From the IMG/VR virus record IMGVR_UViG_3300022468_000269: a stretch of 64,000 bases of DNA. One strand, written 5' to 3'. The notes under the pieces are model-generated. The model was not told the DNA's origin and searched no databases. It saw only the letters and a list, made by a program, of their open reading frames with translations. Of the stretch, positions 53,553 through 63,886 are shown one piece after another. How positions within the stretch are numbered: the first letter of the stretch is position 1; the number at the start of each line of letters is the position of its first letter. The position numbers were made by a program, and so were the translations under genes. The DNA comes from an uncultured virus (IMG/VR IMGVR_UViG_3300022468_000269) (taxonomy: Duplodnaviria > Heunggongvirae > Uroviricota > Caudoviricetes).

Positions 53553-55084
53553 TGAAGCTTGAAGAAATCAGAACCGCAGCAGAGAATGACTTGGTGTTCT
53601 TCATCAAGCTTATTGCTCCTGAGCAGGTTCTGGGTTCTTGCCATGAGGAAGTTCTTAACTGGTGGACTCGTCAAACCTCCAAGACTCACCAACTTCTTCT
53701 GTTCCCTCGTGACCACCAGAAGTCTCGTCTTGTAGCCTACCGTGTTGCATGGGAGCTTACCAAAGACCCCACCATTCGTGTACTGTACATCTCTGCTACT
53801 GCCAACCTTGCAGAGAAACAACTTGGTTTTATCAAGTCTATTCTTACCAGTGAAATCTATCGTCGTTACTGGCCCCTCCACGTAAACCAAGATGAGGGTC
53901 GTCGGAAGAAATGGACTAACTCTGAAATCATGCTGGACCATCCATCCCGTGAAGCAGAGAAGGTTCGTGACCCTTCGATCTTTACTGGTGGTCTGACTAC
54001 CTCCCTTACGGGTATGCACTGTGACATTGCAGTACTTGATGACTGCGTTGTATACGAGAATGCCTACACCAAGGAAGGTCGGGAGAAGGTAAAGTCTCAG
54101 TACTCCCTTCTGTCGTCCATTGAAGCTGCCAATGCTAAAGAGTGGGTAGTTGGTACTCGCTACCATCCTGCTGACCTCTACAATGATCTGATGCAGATGG
54201 AAGAGGAGACCTTCAACGAAGAGGGTGATATCGACGGTAAGGAGCCTATTTACGAAATCTTTGAACGTGCTGTCGAAGACCGTGGGGACGGTACAGGCGT
54301 TTTCCTTTGGCCTCGTCAGCAACGTAAAGACGGGAAATGGTTTGGTTTCGATCAGAAGATTCTGGCTAAGAAACGTGGTCAGTACCTAGATCGGGGTCAG
54401 TTCCGTGCCCAGTATTATAACGATCCATCCGATCCTGATAACGTTCCTGTCTCCCGTGATAAGTTCCAGTACTATGAACGTAAGTTCTTGAAACAGGAAA
54501 ATGGTTATTGGTTCTACCGTGGTAATCGTTTGAACGTCTTTGCCGCTGTTGACTTTGCTTTTAGTCTCAATAAGAAGGCTGACTACACAGCCATTGTTGT
54601 GGTGGGCATCGACAGTGAAAACCAAATCTTCGTCCTTGACATTGATCGTTTTAGGACTGACCGTATTAGTGAGTATTTTGAACACCTGCTTACGCTCTCA
54701 AATAAGTGGGGATTTAGAAAACTTAGAGCAGAGGTTACAGTCGCCCAAAATGCCATTGTCAGACAAATTAAAGACCTTGTTAGAGAAAACGGACTAGCCA
54801 TATCTATTGATGAGTTCCGTCCTCAACGTGGTTCTAAAGAAGAGCGTATCTCTGCTACCCTAGAGCCTCGCTATGACAATATGGCTATTTGGCATTACAA
54901 AGGTGGTGAGTGCCAGACTCTTGAAGAAGAACTTAGCACTCGCAACCCTCCACACGATGACGTGATTGACGCTCTAGCATCAGCCATTGATATCGCAGTC
55001 AAGCCTACTCGTAATCTTTCCAATCAACGTAAGTCTTCCATCATTTGGGAAGCACAAAAGTTTAGAGGTACTAGAGCCGCATGA
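53552..55084 (+). CDS. terL: terminase large subunit
   Basis: PRDHQKS Walker A, VLDD Walker B, GTRYH, AVDFA, HDDVIDA. Confidence 0.92.
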   Translation: MKLEEIRTAAENDLVFFIKLIAPEQVLGSCHEEVLNWWTRQTSKTHQLLLFPRDHQKSRLVAYRVAWELTKDPTIRVLYISATANLAEKQLGFIKSILTSEIYRRYWPLHVNQDEGRRKKWTNSEIMLDHPSREAEKVRDPSIFTGGLTTSLTGMHCDIAVLDDCVVYENAYTKEGREKVKSQYSLLSSIEAANAKEWVVGTRYHPADLYNDLMQMEEETFNEEGDIDGKEPIYEIFERAVEDRGDGTGVFLWPRQQRKDGKWFGFDQKILAKKRGQYLDRGQFRAQYYNDPSDPDNVPVSRDKFQYYERKFLKQENGYWFYRGNRLNVFAAVDFAFSLNKKADYTAIVVVGIDSENQIFVLDIDRFRTDRISEYFEHLLTLSNKWGFRKLRAEVTVAQNAIVRQIKDLVRENGLAISIDEFRPQRGSKEERISATLEPRYDNMAIWHYKGGECQTLEEELSTRNPPHDDVIDALASAIDIAVKPTRNLSNQRKSSIIWEAQKFRGTRAA

Positions 55085-56826
55085 GTGGAACTACACTCGA
55101 CTTTGAACACGTCATCGGCCCCGATAACCTCGCCTGCGAGATTGGGAACCGTTGGCGTTACTGGAACACTCTTCGCCAACCTTGGATCGAAGAGAAGAAG
55201 GAGCTTAGGAACTACCTCTATGCTACCTCCACTGCCTCTACACGTAACGCCCTCCTGCCGTGGTCTAACACTACCACGACTCCTAAACTGACCCAGATTG
55301 CTGATAACCTCCATGCTAACTATTTTGCTACTCTATTCCCTCAGAACAAGTGGATGCGGTGGGAAGCACTGGACAAGGACTCGAACACCAAGCAGAAGCG
55401 GGATGTGATCCAGTCCTATATGGACAACAAGCTTCGGCAGTCAGACTTTACCAAAGTAGCTGCTACTCTTGTCTCAGACTACATCCAATACGGCAACTGC
55501 TTTGCTACAGTTGAGTTTGATCGGGTATACCGCACCAAGGATACTGGTGAACAAGTCGTAGACTATATTGGCCCTCGTCTGGTCCGTATCAGCCCCTACG
55601 ATATCACCTTCAATCCTACTGCTGTCTCATTTGACCGTTCTCCCAAGATCATCAAGTCTATTCTGTCTATTGGTGAGATTAAGAGGATGGTTGATAACGA
55701 TCCCTCCAAGGCTTACTACAAAGATGTCTTTACCAAGATGATGACTGCCCGTGGGGCTATCCGTGGTGGAGACCAACAGCTAACCAAGACAGAGGGTTTC
55801 ATTGCTGATGGGTTTAGTTCTATCCAGCAGTACTACGAGTCTGACTACGTAGAGGTACTGACCTTCTACGGTGACCTATACGATTTCGAGACTAACACTC
55901 TCATGGAAGACCGTATCATCACTGTAGTGGACCGTGCGTACGTCCTAGACAACGTAGAGAACCCCTCGTGGGCTGGTAAGGCTCCTATCTTCCATGCAGG
56001 CTGGAGAGAGCGCCCAGACAACCTGTATGCTATGGGTCCACTGGATAACCTTGTCGGTATGCAGTACCGCATTGACCACCTTGAGAACCTTAAGGCTGAT
56101 GTCTTCGATCAGATTGCTTATCCGATCCTGAAGATCAAAGGTGACGTAGAAGACTTCGACTTCCAGCCCGGTTCTCGTATTTATATGGGTGAAGAAGGTG
56201 ATGTAGGTTATCTTGTCCCAGATGCCACATCTCTCCAAGCAGACTTCCAGATTCGTGCGTTGGAAGACAAGATGGAAGAGATGGCTGGTGCACCTCGTCA
56301 GGCTATGGGTATCCGTACCCCCGGTGAGAAGACTGCCTTTGAGGTACAGAGTCTACAGAACTCCTCCAGCCGTATCTTCGAGCACAAGTGTGCCCACTTC
56401 GAGCGAGTCTTCCTTGAGCCTATCTTGAACTGTATGCTTGAGACTTCTCGTCGTAATCTGGATATGTCAGAGCAAATCTCCATCTTGGATAAAGCCTCTG
56501 GTGCTCAAATCTTCGTAGAGATTACCAAAGAAGATATCATTGGTAACGGAAAGATTGTTCCTATTGGTGCTCGTCACTTCGCTGAACGTGCTCGTAGGAT
56601 TCAGAACCTGACTACCCTGTGGCAAGTCAAGACTAGCGATCCTAGTGTTGGTGCCCATATGTCGGGTAAAGAGTTTGCTAGGATTCTCTCTGAAGAACTG
56701 GGTGAACCAGAACTGTTCGGTGAGAATGTTGGTGTTACTGAGCAAGGTGAGACCACTATGGCTGCACAAGACCAAGAGGCAGGTATGATGGATCAACTGG
56801 CGGTATCAGCAGAGTTGGGTATCTAA
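55081..56826 (+). CDS. portal protein
   Basis: 581 aa after terL; MGPLDNLVGMQYRIDHLEN, GIRTPGEKTAFEV. Confidence 0.88.
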   Translation: MSGTTLDFEHVIGPDNLACEIGNRWRYWNTLRQPWIEEKKELRNYLYATSTASTRNALLPWSNTTTTPKLTQIADNLHANYFATLFPQNKWMRWEALDKDSNTKQKRDVIQSYMDNKLRQSDFTKVAATLVSDYIQYGNCFATVEFDRVYRTKDTGEQVVDYIGPRLVRISPYDITFNPTAVSFDRSPKIIKSILSIGEIKRMVDNDPSKAYYKDVFTKMMTARGAIRGGDQQLTKTEGFIADGFSSIQQYYESDYVEVLTFYGDLYDFETNTLMEDRIITVVDRAYVLDNVENPSWAGKAPIFHAGWRERPDNLYAMGPLDNLVGMQYRIDHLENLKADVFDQIAYPILKIKGDVEDFDFQPGSRIYMGEEGDVGYLVPDATSLQADFQIRALEDKMEEMAGAPRQAMGIRTPGEKTAFEVQSLQNSSSRIFEHKCAHFERVFLEPILNCMLETSRRNLDMSEQISILDKASGAQIFVEITKEDIIGNGKIVPIGARHFAERARRIQNLTTLWQVKTSDPSVGAHMSGKEFARILSEELGEPELFGENVGVTEQGETTMAAQDQEAGMMDQLAVSAELGI

Positions 56827-57044
56827 TGGATTCCAGACTCTTAAAGAATGGGAGAACGAAGGAGGAGATTATGGCTTACCGTAATGCCTTCGATGCTCTT
56901 AAAGAAATCCTGATTGCAGAGTTTCAAAAGAAGCCTGCCGTCAGGGACTACGCACCCGGATGGGAGCACAAGCAAATCGCTACTAACGAGTACAATGCCG
57001 TAGTAGATGATGTACTGAAACTAATCACCTTAACCAAGGATTAA
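56826..57044 (+). CDS. hypothetical protein
   Basis: Coupled ORF between portal and scaffold. Confidence 0.7.
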   Translation: MDSRLLKNGRTKEEIMAYRNAFDALKEILIAEFQKKPAVRDYAPGWEHKQIATNEYNAVVDDVLKLITLTKD

Positions 57045-57047
57045 TCA

Positions 57048-57803
57048 ATGAGTATCTTCGACCAAACCACGGGTCAAAACACCAACCAGACCACCACTCA
57101 ACAAACCACTGAAGATTGGCTGGCGAAGGTTGTAGAGGCAAAGGGAGAGACGTTTAAAGACGTTCAAGTTCTTGCTAAGTCTAAACTCGAATCGGATAAC
57201 TACATCAAGACGCTTGAAGAACAACTCAAGCAGATGCGGGACGATCTGAGTAAGCAGGACTATTCGGCTAAACTTCTCGAACAACTACAGAACAAGGCAC
57301 CAGTCACCAATGGTAATCCTGTAGCGCCCAATCAGAATAACGGTGGCACGAACACGAGCGAGACCAAGCCCGAAATTAGTGAAGACATTCTAAAAGCCCT
57401 TGTAGAGAAAACGTTGACTGAACGTGATGCTACGAACACTGCCAAACAAAATGCAGAGATTGTTCGTAATGAGTTGGTTGCCAAGTATGGTACTGACGCT
57501 AAGGCTCACGTAGAACGGAAGGCACAAGAACTCGGTATGACCACTGCTCGTCTTGAGCAACTCGCCACTGAGTCTCCGAATGCGTTCTTTTCACTGATTG
57601 GTGAACCCAAGAAAGACTTCCGGCCAGTTGTCAGTGGTTCGATCAATACTCAGTCGATGTCTATGCAAGCCCCTGTTGACCGTGACTGGAACTATTACCA
57701 GCAACTACGGAAGACAAACAAAAACCTTTACTACGATCCCAAGACACAACAACAACTCTTTGCAGATAAGCAACGACTTGGTGATCGCTTCGGAAACCGA
57801 TAA
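57048..57803 (+). CDS. capsid scaffolding protein
   Basis: Coiled-coil, Q/T-rich, upstream of capsid gene. Confidence 0.75.
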   Translation: MSIFDQTTGQNTNQTTTQQTTEDWLAKVVEAKGETFKDVQVLAKSKLESDNYIKTLEEQLKQMRDDLSKQDYSAKLLEQLQNKAPVTNGNPVAPNQNNGGTNTSETKPEISEDILKALVEKTLTERDATNTAKQNAEIVRNELVAKYGTDAKAHVERKAQELGMTTARLEQLATESPNAFFSLIGEPKKDFRPVVSGSINTQSMSMQAPVDRDWNYYQQLRKTNKNLYYDPKTQQQLFADKQRLGDRFGNR

Positions 57804-57817
57804 ATAGGAGATAAACA

Positions 57818-58783
57818 ATGTCGGGTATGACTACCACTAACTCGGCCCAGTTGATTCGCTCGGAACTTTGGTCCTCGGAACTCAAAGATATCCTGCGCGA
57901 TGAGATGATGGCTCAAAAGTACGTCCGTATGCTGGACGGCTTCCCTGATGGTGATACGTTCACCATTCCGTCGATTGGCCAACTGGCTGTTGACGACTAC
58001 GAAGAAGACACGGATGTGCTCTTCCGCCCGATGGACACTGGCGAGTTCCAGTTCACCATCACTGAGTACCTGTCGTCCGGTACCTACATCACGAAGAAAG
58101 CTCAACAGGATGCGTTCTATGCAGCCCAGTTGGAAGCTGCCTTTGTGCCGGAACAGGAACGTGCAATCATGGCACACTTTGAGACGACCACTCTGGCCGC
58201 TCCCGAATCTGGTGTTAGCGCCAACTCCAACCAAAGCATTGACGGTATCGAACACCGTTGGGCTGCTGGTGGTTCGGGTGCTATCTTCCAAGTGCAAGAC
58301 TTTGCCCGTGCTCGGTATGCGCTGAAGAAAGCAAACGTTCCTGACACGAACCTGATCGCTATTGTCGATCCTTCGGTCGAATACACCCTGAACACCCTGA
58401 CGAACCTCGTCTCGGTTGCGGATAACCCGCGTTGGGAAGGTATCGTCTCGGATGGTATTGCCACTGGCATGAAGTTCGTCAAGAACGTCTATGGCTTCGA
58501 CGTGTACACCTCGAACTATCTCAAGAGTGTTACTGACTCGGCACTGCCTACTGCCGCTGATGCAAACGTTGACTTCTCGACTGTTAATGGGAAAGCCAAC
58601 CTTTTCTTCTCGGCTGCTCAGAACGTCTCTCCTCTGGTTGGCGCATGGCGTCAGGCTCCTCAGGTGGACTATGAGTACAACAAGAACAAGCAACGCCACG
58701 AATATGTGACGACTGCTCGTTATGGTGTCAAGCTGTTCCGTCCTGAGAACATGGTTAGCATCGTCTCGAAGACGAACGTGTAA
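57818..58783 (+). CDS. major capsid protein
   Basis: IRSELWS...FPDGDTFTIPSIG...YGVKLFRPE; biased codons. Confidence 0.9.
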   Translation: MSGMTTTNSAQLIRSELWSSELKDILRDEMMAQKYVRMLDGFPDGDTFTIPSIGQLAVDDYEEDTDVLFRPMDTGEFQFTITEYLSSGTYITKKAQQDAFYAAQLEAAFVPEQERAIMAHFETTTLAAPESGVSANSNQSIDGIEHRWAAGGSGAIFQVQDFARARYALKKANVPDTNLIAIVDPSVEYTLNTLTNLVSVADNPRWEGIVSDGIATGMKFVKNVYGFDVYTSNYLKSVTDSALPTAADANVDFSTVNGKANLFFSAAQNVSPLVGAWRQAPQVDYEYNKNKQRHEYVTTARYGVKLFRPENMVSIVSKTNV

Positions 58784-58798
58784 TAGGAGAAATAGAAC

Positions 58799-59281
58799 AT
58801 GTCTTACACTAACGCTGACGGCCTCTACATTCGCACTCGTGTGGATGAAGGGGAACCCCTGCTGCAAGGCACCACTGCTGGCTGTGCTCGTAAAACCTTG
58901 GTCATGGACCTTGATTGGACGACCATTGGCTCCAGCTTTGGTTCGAGCAACATCAACCCGATGAACCCGATCATCCCGGCTAAGTCGATTATCGTCAACG
59001 CAGACCTTGTTATTCTTACCGCATTCACTGGTAGCTCGTCTACCCTGACTATCGGTACGTATAACTCTGCTGGTACTGCTGTTGATGCTGACGGCATTGA
59101 TGCCACCATCGCTCTGACAGCTATCGACGCTGATAACGATGTGGTTCAGTGCGACGGCGCTCAGGTATCTGGTATCGTAAACGTGGGTAACGCTGATTGC
59201 TATGTCGGTGCTATCTGGGGTACCGCTGCCTTTACGGCTGGTGTCGCCAAGCTGGTCATCGAGTACATCGAACTGACCTAA
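58799..59281 (+). CDS. capsid decoration / minor capsid protein
   Basis: YTNADGL...DADGI...FTAG...IEY; follows capsid gene. Confidence 0.7.
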   Translation: MSYTNADGLYIRTRVDEGEPLLQGTTAGCARKTLVMDLDWTTIGSSFGSSNINPMNPIIPAKSIIVNADLVILTAFTGSSSTLTIGTYNSAGTAVDADGIDATIALTAIDADNDVVQCDGAQVSGIVNVGNADCYVGAIWGTAAFTAGVAKLVIEYIELT

Positions 59282-59287
59282 TCGGTT

Positions 59288-59312
59288 GGGGGCTGTAATG
59301 GCCCCCTTCCTT
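59288..59312 (+). terminator. hairpin/weak terminator after head genes
   Basis: GGGGGC-TGTAATG-GCCCCC followed by TTCCTT. Confidence 0.55.
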
Positions 59313-59329
59313 AACCTTGGAGGGTTAGA

Positions 59330-59476
59330 ATGATTAATCGAACTGTTAGTACTCTTCGGGCTGCTTCCAAGAACAAGAAGCCTGATGTGGTCAAGAAGGT
59401 ACAAAAACTTGGGATGGAAGCCAAAGGTTACTTTACTAAGCAATCTGGTAAACCAAAGAAAAGGCCAGTCAAATGA
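59330..59476 (+). CDS. small Lys-rich protein (48 aa)
   Basis: Manual translation MINRTVSTLRAASKNKKP...KPKKRPVK; GGAGG SD. Confidence 0.6.
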   Translation: MINRTVSTLRAASKNKKPDVVKKVQKLGMEAKGYFTKQSGKPKKRPVK

Positions 59477-59583
59477 AGAAAGTCAAAGTAGGCGACAAGA
59501 ATACCACTTCTGCAAAGATGGTGAAACCCGGAGACAAGAATACGACTTCGGCTAAGTTTGTTAAAGTTAAGAAGAAGAAATAG
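59473..59583 (+). CDS. small Lys-rich protein (36 aa) with internal repeat
   Basis: MKKVKVGDKNTTSAKMVKPGDKNTTSAKFVKVKKKK. Confidence 0.65.
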   Translation: MKKVKVGDKNTTSAKMVKPGDKNTTSAKFVKVKKKK

Positions 59584-59587
59584 TCAG

Positions 59588-59833
59588 ATGGTTAAGAAAA
59601 CCACCCGGTCTCCTGCTACTGTTAACAAAAGCCGATCCTCTCTTATCAAAGCTAAAGATAAGACTGTAAAGGGACTGTATGACAGGGCACAGGCTAACAA
59701 TGCTGTAAGTAACTCTCTTAATAAAGCTGAGAAGCTCAAAGAAGACAGAGATACTCTGGTTAAAGACTCTAAAAGAATCAAGAAAGCTGGTGCCCGTATG
59801 GCTAAAGCTCAAGCTTACAGTAAGAAGAAATAA
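59588..59833 (+). CDS. Lys-rich protein
   Basis: MVKKTTRSP...AYSKKK. Confidence 0.6.
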   Translation: MVKKTTRSPATVNKSRSSLIKAKDKTVKGLYDRAQANNAVSNSLNKAEKLKEDRDTLVKDSKRIKKAGARMAKAQAYSKKK

Positions 59834-59848
59834 CAGGAGACGCATCCA

Positions 59849-60460
59849 ATGGCTCTACACTCTGCACTCACCGACCCGGAACTCCACGAACCTAAGGGTG
59901 CGTCAACTGCTGTTGTTAACACTGTCTACGTAGCCGATGGTGCTGCCAGTGGAGACTGGTACAAGATTTACACCCAAGGGTTTGAGGATTACCAGAATAC
60001 TGGTGGTGCCCAATCTCCTGCTGCTGCCACCTTCACAGACCTTACAAACAATGGTCTTGGTGCTAATACACTAACTACATACACTCTCCCTAGTGTCACT
60101 GGTGGTCTATGGGATACCGCTACGAACTCTTTTGACTTTAGTGAACTGTCCCTCGGTGATACTGTAGATATTCGATTTGATATGAGTGTCACTACTGCTG
60201 CTGCTAACGAAGAAGTTGTTGTAGCTCTTGATCTAGCCCACGGTACTGGTTCTGAATACCAACTGATTGCTGCCCAACGTAGTTACAAGACCGCTGGTAC
60301 ATATGAGCTTGGTGGGGCTATTTCCATCTATATGGGGAATACAGCCACTCTCAATAACCCCGGTAAGATGGCTATCAAGTTTGGTGGAGCAAGCTGTAGC
60401 GTCACTGTCGATGGATGGTACATCCGTGTGATCCCACGTAATCCTATTCTAGGTGCCTGA
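59849..60460 (+). CDS. virion structural protein
   Basis: HSALTDPELHEPKG N-terminus, beta-rich. Confidence 0.7.
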   Translation: MALHSALTDPELHEPKGASTAVVNTVYVADGAASGDWYKIYTQGFEDYQNTGGAQSPAAATFTDLTNNGLGANTLTTYTLPSVTGGLWDTATNSFDFSELSLGDTVDIRFDMSVTTAAANEEVVVALDLAHGTGSEYQLIAAQRSYKTAGTYELGGAISIYMGNTATLNNPGKMAIKFGGASCSVTVDGWYIRVIPRNPILGA

Positions 60461-60462
60461 TA

Positions 60463-61182
60463 ATGAAAAGAACGTTGCTTGAGCTAGTTCAGAGTATCCT
60501 GTCTGATATGGACAGTGAAGCTGTGAACTCCTTGGCTGACTCTGAAGAAGCTACACAGATTGCTTCAGTTATCCAAGATACCTACTACAACATCATAGCG
60601 GCAAGGAACACACCAGAACATGACAGACTTCTAAAGCTTACTGCTCTCTCTGACACTGACACCCCTACGCACTTCACTTACCCTACCAATGTCAAAGAGA
60701 TTCGACTGTTTGAATATGATAGCAGAGAAGTTTACTTCCGAGACCCTATTGACTTCCTGAATAACATGCCTAACCCTGACGATGATGCTGCTGTACTAGT
60801 TCTTGATCCTATCAGTTCTACAAAGCTGTACATCCGTAACGATAAGGCTCCTCGGTACTACACCACCTTTGATGATGAGTATATTGTCTGTGACTCTTAC
60901 GATGCCACTGTAGACTCTACCCTCCAAGCCAGTAAGACCCGTTGTTGGGGCACACAGTACCCTACCTTCAGTATCACTGATGAGTTTGTCCCTGATATCG
61001 ACGAAGTACTGTTCCCATACCTACTAGCCGAATCCAAGTCTGTATGTTTCTCTTTGTTCAAGAGTGGTAGTGATCCTAAGGTAGAGCAAGCTGCTCGTCG
61101 TCTTAAGTCCTATGTACAGAATGATCAGTATAAAACAAAGAGAGAAAATGTTAGGAACTTCTATGGTAGAAATGGTCGTTGA
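60463..61182 (+). CDS. head-tail adaptor (tail tubular protein A-like)
   Basis: TLLELVQSILSDMDSEAVNS; position. Confidence 0.75.
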   Translation: MKRTLLELVQSILSDMDSEAVNSLADSEEATQIASVIQDTYYNIIAARNTPEHDRLLKLTALSDTDTPTHFTYPTNVKEIRLFEYDSREVYFRDPIDFLNNMPNPDDDAAVLVLDPISSTKLYIRNDKAPRYYTTFDDEYIVCDSYDATVDSTLQASKTRCWGTQYPTFSITDEFVPDIDEVLFPYLLAESKSVCFSLFKSGSDPKVEQAARRLKSYVQNDQYKTKRENVRNFYGRNGR

Positions 61183-61501
61183 CGTAGAGAAGCAGACTGC
61201 TGTAATCTCTAGCCCCAAGAGTAAGACTGATTACGTAATCTATAAGCCAAGGGACCAGACAGCATTCTTCAAGGTCCGTACTACCGTAGGTAGCCTGCCA
61301 TCAGAACTAAGCGGTCACTACTCAACTCTAAACAAAGCAATCCAACTAGTCTCACACTACGTAGAGCACTCTAAAGAAACTTTTGCAGTACGATCAGACA
61401 GACTAGATAAGGAACGTAAAGAACGCCATGCCGCAAAGTCTAACAGCAAAGACAGTCAACAGCTTCAATCAGGGTCTGATAACGGAGTTCTCGGAGCTTA
61501 A
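61163..61501 (+). CDS. hypothetical protein
   Basis: GSLPSELSGHYST motif. Confidence 0.6.
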   Translation: MVEMVVDVEKQTAVISSPKSKTDYVIYKPRDQTAFFKVRTTVGSLPSELSGHYSTLNKAIQLVSHYVEHSKETFAVRSDRLDKERKERHAAKSNSKDSQQLQSGSDNGVLGA

Positions 61502-63599
61502 GTTCCCAGAGAATGCTTCGCTTGATGAACTGAATTGTACGCTGTCGCGGGATGGTTCTCGTGCTCGTAGGCTTGGCCTTGAGTATGAAACCGGAGCTAC
61601 TAACTCTACCTTTACTGTCGTGGAAACTGAAGTCTTCCATACTGGTACTTGGTACAACGCCGGGGGCGTTACTGACCTTAACCTTCTTGTGGTTCAACAT
61701 GGTTCTACCTTGTCGTTCTACGGGACTACCACGCCTCCTTATTCTAACCAAGAAAAGTCTTATACCGTAAACCTTGCGACATATGAGACTTCAACAGGAG
61801 ACTCTAGCCTTGCTAAGTGCCAGTTTACTAGCCTTGCTGGTGTGCTTGTGGTTGCCTCATCTGCGATCAACACACTATACGTGGTCCTCAATGCAACAAC
61901 AGAAACCCTCACAGTCAATCAGATCGACTTCCGAGTTCGAGACTTCGAGTGGCAAAGCGACCTATGTGACCTCAGTGACCAAGTTCCGGTAGCAACTGTT
62001 ACTGCTAAACGGAAATATGATACACTGAACACTGGTTGGGTTGGTGATAAAGGTACCGCTGCTCTTAACACGTACATAGCTGCTGAGGCTGCTTACCCTC
62101 CCTTGTCTCATCCTTGGTACTCTGGTAAGAATGCTGATGGTGACTATCGCCAGAGCAAATGGGAGCAAGTCTATAGTGGCACTAGCATTATTGCTAATGG
62201 TCACTTCATTCTAGACTTCTTCAACAAAGACCGTAGCACTGAATCTGGTATTGCTGGTATTACTACTGAGGTAGAGACTTCTAGATTTAGTACTGTGGCT
62301 GCTCATGCTGGTCGTATCTGGTATGCTGGACTTGGTTCTGGACAGAACTCTGGTAAGATTCTCTACTCACAGATTGTTACAACGATCAAGGATACTGGTT
62401 CTTGCACTGTTATTGGTGAATGCTTCCAGCAGAATGACCCCACCTCAGAAGACTTCAGCGATTTGTTGGAGACTGATGGTGGTGAACTTATCATTCCTGA
62501 TGCAGCCAATATCAAGATCATCTACTCTTATGGCCCATTCCTCTATGTCTTTGCAGATAACGGAGTATGGATTGTTGGTGGTGTTGATGATCGGTTCAGC
62601 CCTACGTCCTACTTTGTATCCAAGGTGACTAACAACGGTATCCTTACTGCTGAGTCCTTTGTGTCTGCTGAAGGTATTCCCTTCTGGTGGTCCAAGTACG
62701 GTATCCATACCTTCTCCTTTGATGAGTCCAGTGGTCGTCCTATTGAGAATAACTTATCTCTCACCACTATCCAGACCTTCTGGGACTTGATTGATACTAA
62801 TGCCAAGACTAGTGTTACTTCCTACTATGACCCTATCAACAAGAAAATCTTCTGGCTCTATCCAGAGAACGATGAGACTCTTCTGAACAAGAGCAGGAAG
62901 ATTCTTATTCTTGATATCCCTCTACAAGCCTTCTACCCTTGGGAAATAGCAGAGAACGCAGACTATGTTATGGGCCTTTATTTCTACGATGGCTACGGTA
63001 ACGCTCTGGTTAGCGTTGATGTTACTGATAGCCTCCTTGCTGACGTTACTGATTCTACTACTGAAGTAGTGACTGTCCTGAGGGCTGGAACCCTAGCGAA
63101 TGCTGATACACAGCTTGCTGCTCTGGTCTATAACAACGGATTTATGAGTATCGGTCTATTCTCTTCTGAAACCTTCCTAGACTGGGGTACAGCGAACTAC
63201 AGCAGCTATGCAGAAGCAGGTTATGACTTCCTTGGTGACCTGAACCTCAAGAAGACTGCACCGTATGTCACTGTGTACTGTAGGACCACTGAGGAAGGCT
63301 TTACTGGTAACGAGACAGATGGTTATGAAGCTATCAATCCTTCTTCTCTTACTATGAAAGCTTACTGGGACTTCAAGACTGTACCCTCTAGCTCTCAGCA
63401 AGCCTACCGTATCAAGCCATTCATCATTGTGGATGCAGATGACCTTACCAACAACCAACAGGTAGGCACTGTAGTCACCACAAGGCTCAAGGTGAGGGGT
63501 AAAGGTCGGTCCATGAGGCTTCGGTTTGAGAGTGAAGAAGGTAAGAACTTTGTCTTGCTAGGTTATGGAGTGATTGCTGGTGTCAATACCAACATCTAA
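61428..63599 (+). CDS. tail nozzle (tail tubular protein B-like)
   Basis: 723 aa beta-rich; FNQGLITE, AGRIWYAG, KVRGKGRSM. Confidence 0.8.
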   Translation: MPQSLTAKTVNSFNQGLITEFSELKFPENASLDELNCTLSRDGSRARRLGLEYETGATNSTFTVVETEVFHTGTWYNAGGVTDLNLLVVQHGSTLSFYGTTTPPYSNQEKSYTVNLATYETSTGDSSLAKCQFTSLAGVLVVASSAINTLYVVLNATTETLTVNQIDFRVRDFEWQSDLCDLSDQVPVATVTAKRKYDTLNTGWVGDKGTAALNTYIAAEAAYPPLSHPWYSGKNADGDYRQSKWEQVYSGTSIIANGHFILDFFNKDRSTESGIAGITTEVETSRFSTVAAHAGRIWYAGLGSGQNSGKILYSQIVTTIKDTGSCTVIGECFQQNDPTSEDFSDLLETDGGELIIPDAANIKIIYSYGPFLYVFADNGVWIVGGVDDRFSPTSYFVSKVTNNGILTAESFVSAEGIPFWWSKYGIHTFSFDESSGRPIENNLSLTTIQTFWDLIDTNAKTSVTSYYDPINKKIFWLYPENDETLLNKSRKILILDIPLQAFYPWEIAENADYVMGLYFYDGYGNALVSVDVTDSLLADVTDSTTEVVTVLRAGTLANADTQLAALVYNNGFMSIGLFSSETFLDWGTANYSSYAEAGYDFLGDLNLKKTAPYVTVYCRTTEEGFTGNETDGYEAINPSSLTMKAYWDFKTVPSSSQQAYRIKPFIIVDADDLTNNQQVGTVVTTRLKVRGKGRSMRLRFESEEGKNFVLLGYGVIAGVNTNI

Positions 63600-63603
63600 G
63601 AGT

Positions 63604-63885
63604 ATGACTATCTACGAAGGGGAGGATTACGCTATTCGTCTTGAATATAACAAGCAATACGTGATCTTCCACCTACCCTACGTCCATAAGATGAGTAAGG
63701 AAGTCTTCCAAGACATGCAATTCAGACTAGGTGACTGGCATACCTTCTTTTCTAACCTAGATTACAACGGTATTTGGGCAGCAGTAGACCCTGATAACGA
63801 CAAAATCAATAAACTCTTGTCTAAACTAGAGTTTGTATTCCAAGGCCAAGCAGACGGCATGTCTGTTTACAGATACGGAGGTTAA
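63604..63885 (+). CDS. GNAT-like tail-assembly protein
   Basis: Position after nozzle; N.KINKLLSKLEF. Confidence 0.55.
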   Translation: MTIYEGEDYAIRLEYNKQYVIFHLPYVHKMSKEVFQDMQFRLGDWHTFFSNLDYNGIWAAVDPDNDKINKLLSKLEFVFQGQADGMSVYRYGG

Positions 63886-63886
63886 T

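Noticed and set aside
57731..59443. 570-aa minus-strand ORF
   Set aside because: Antisense shadow of the codon-biased capsid and decoration genes; no recognisable motifs.
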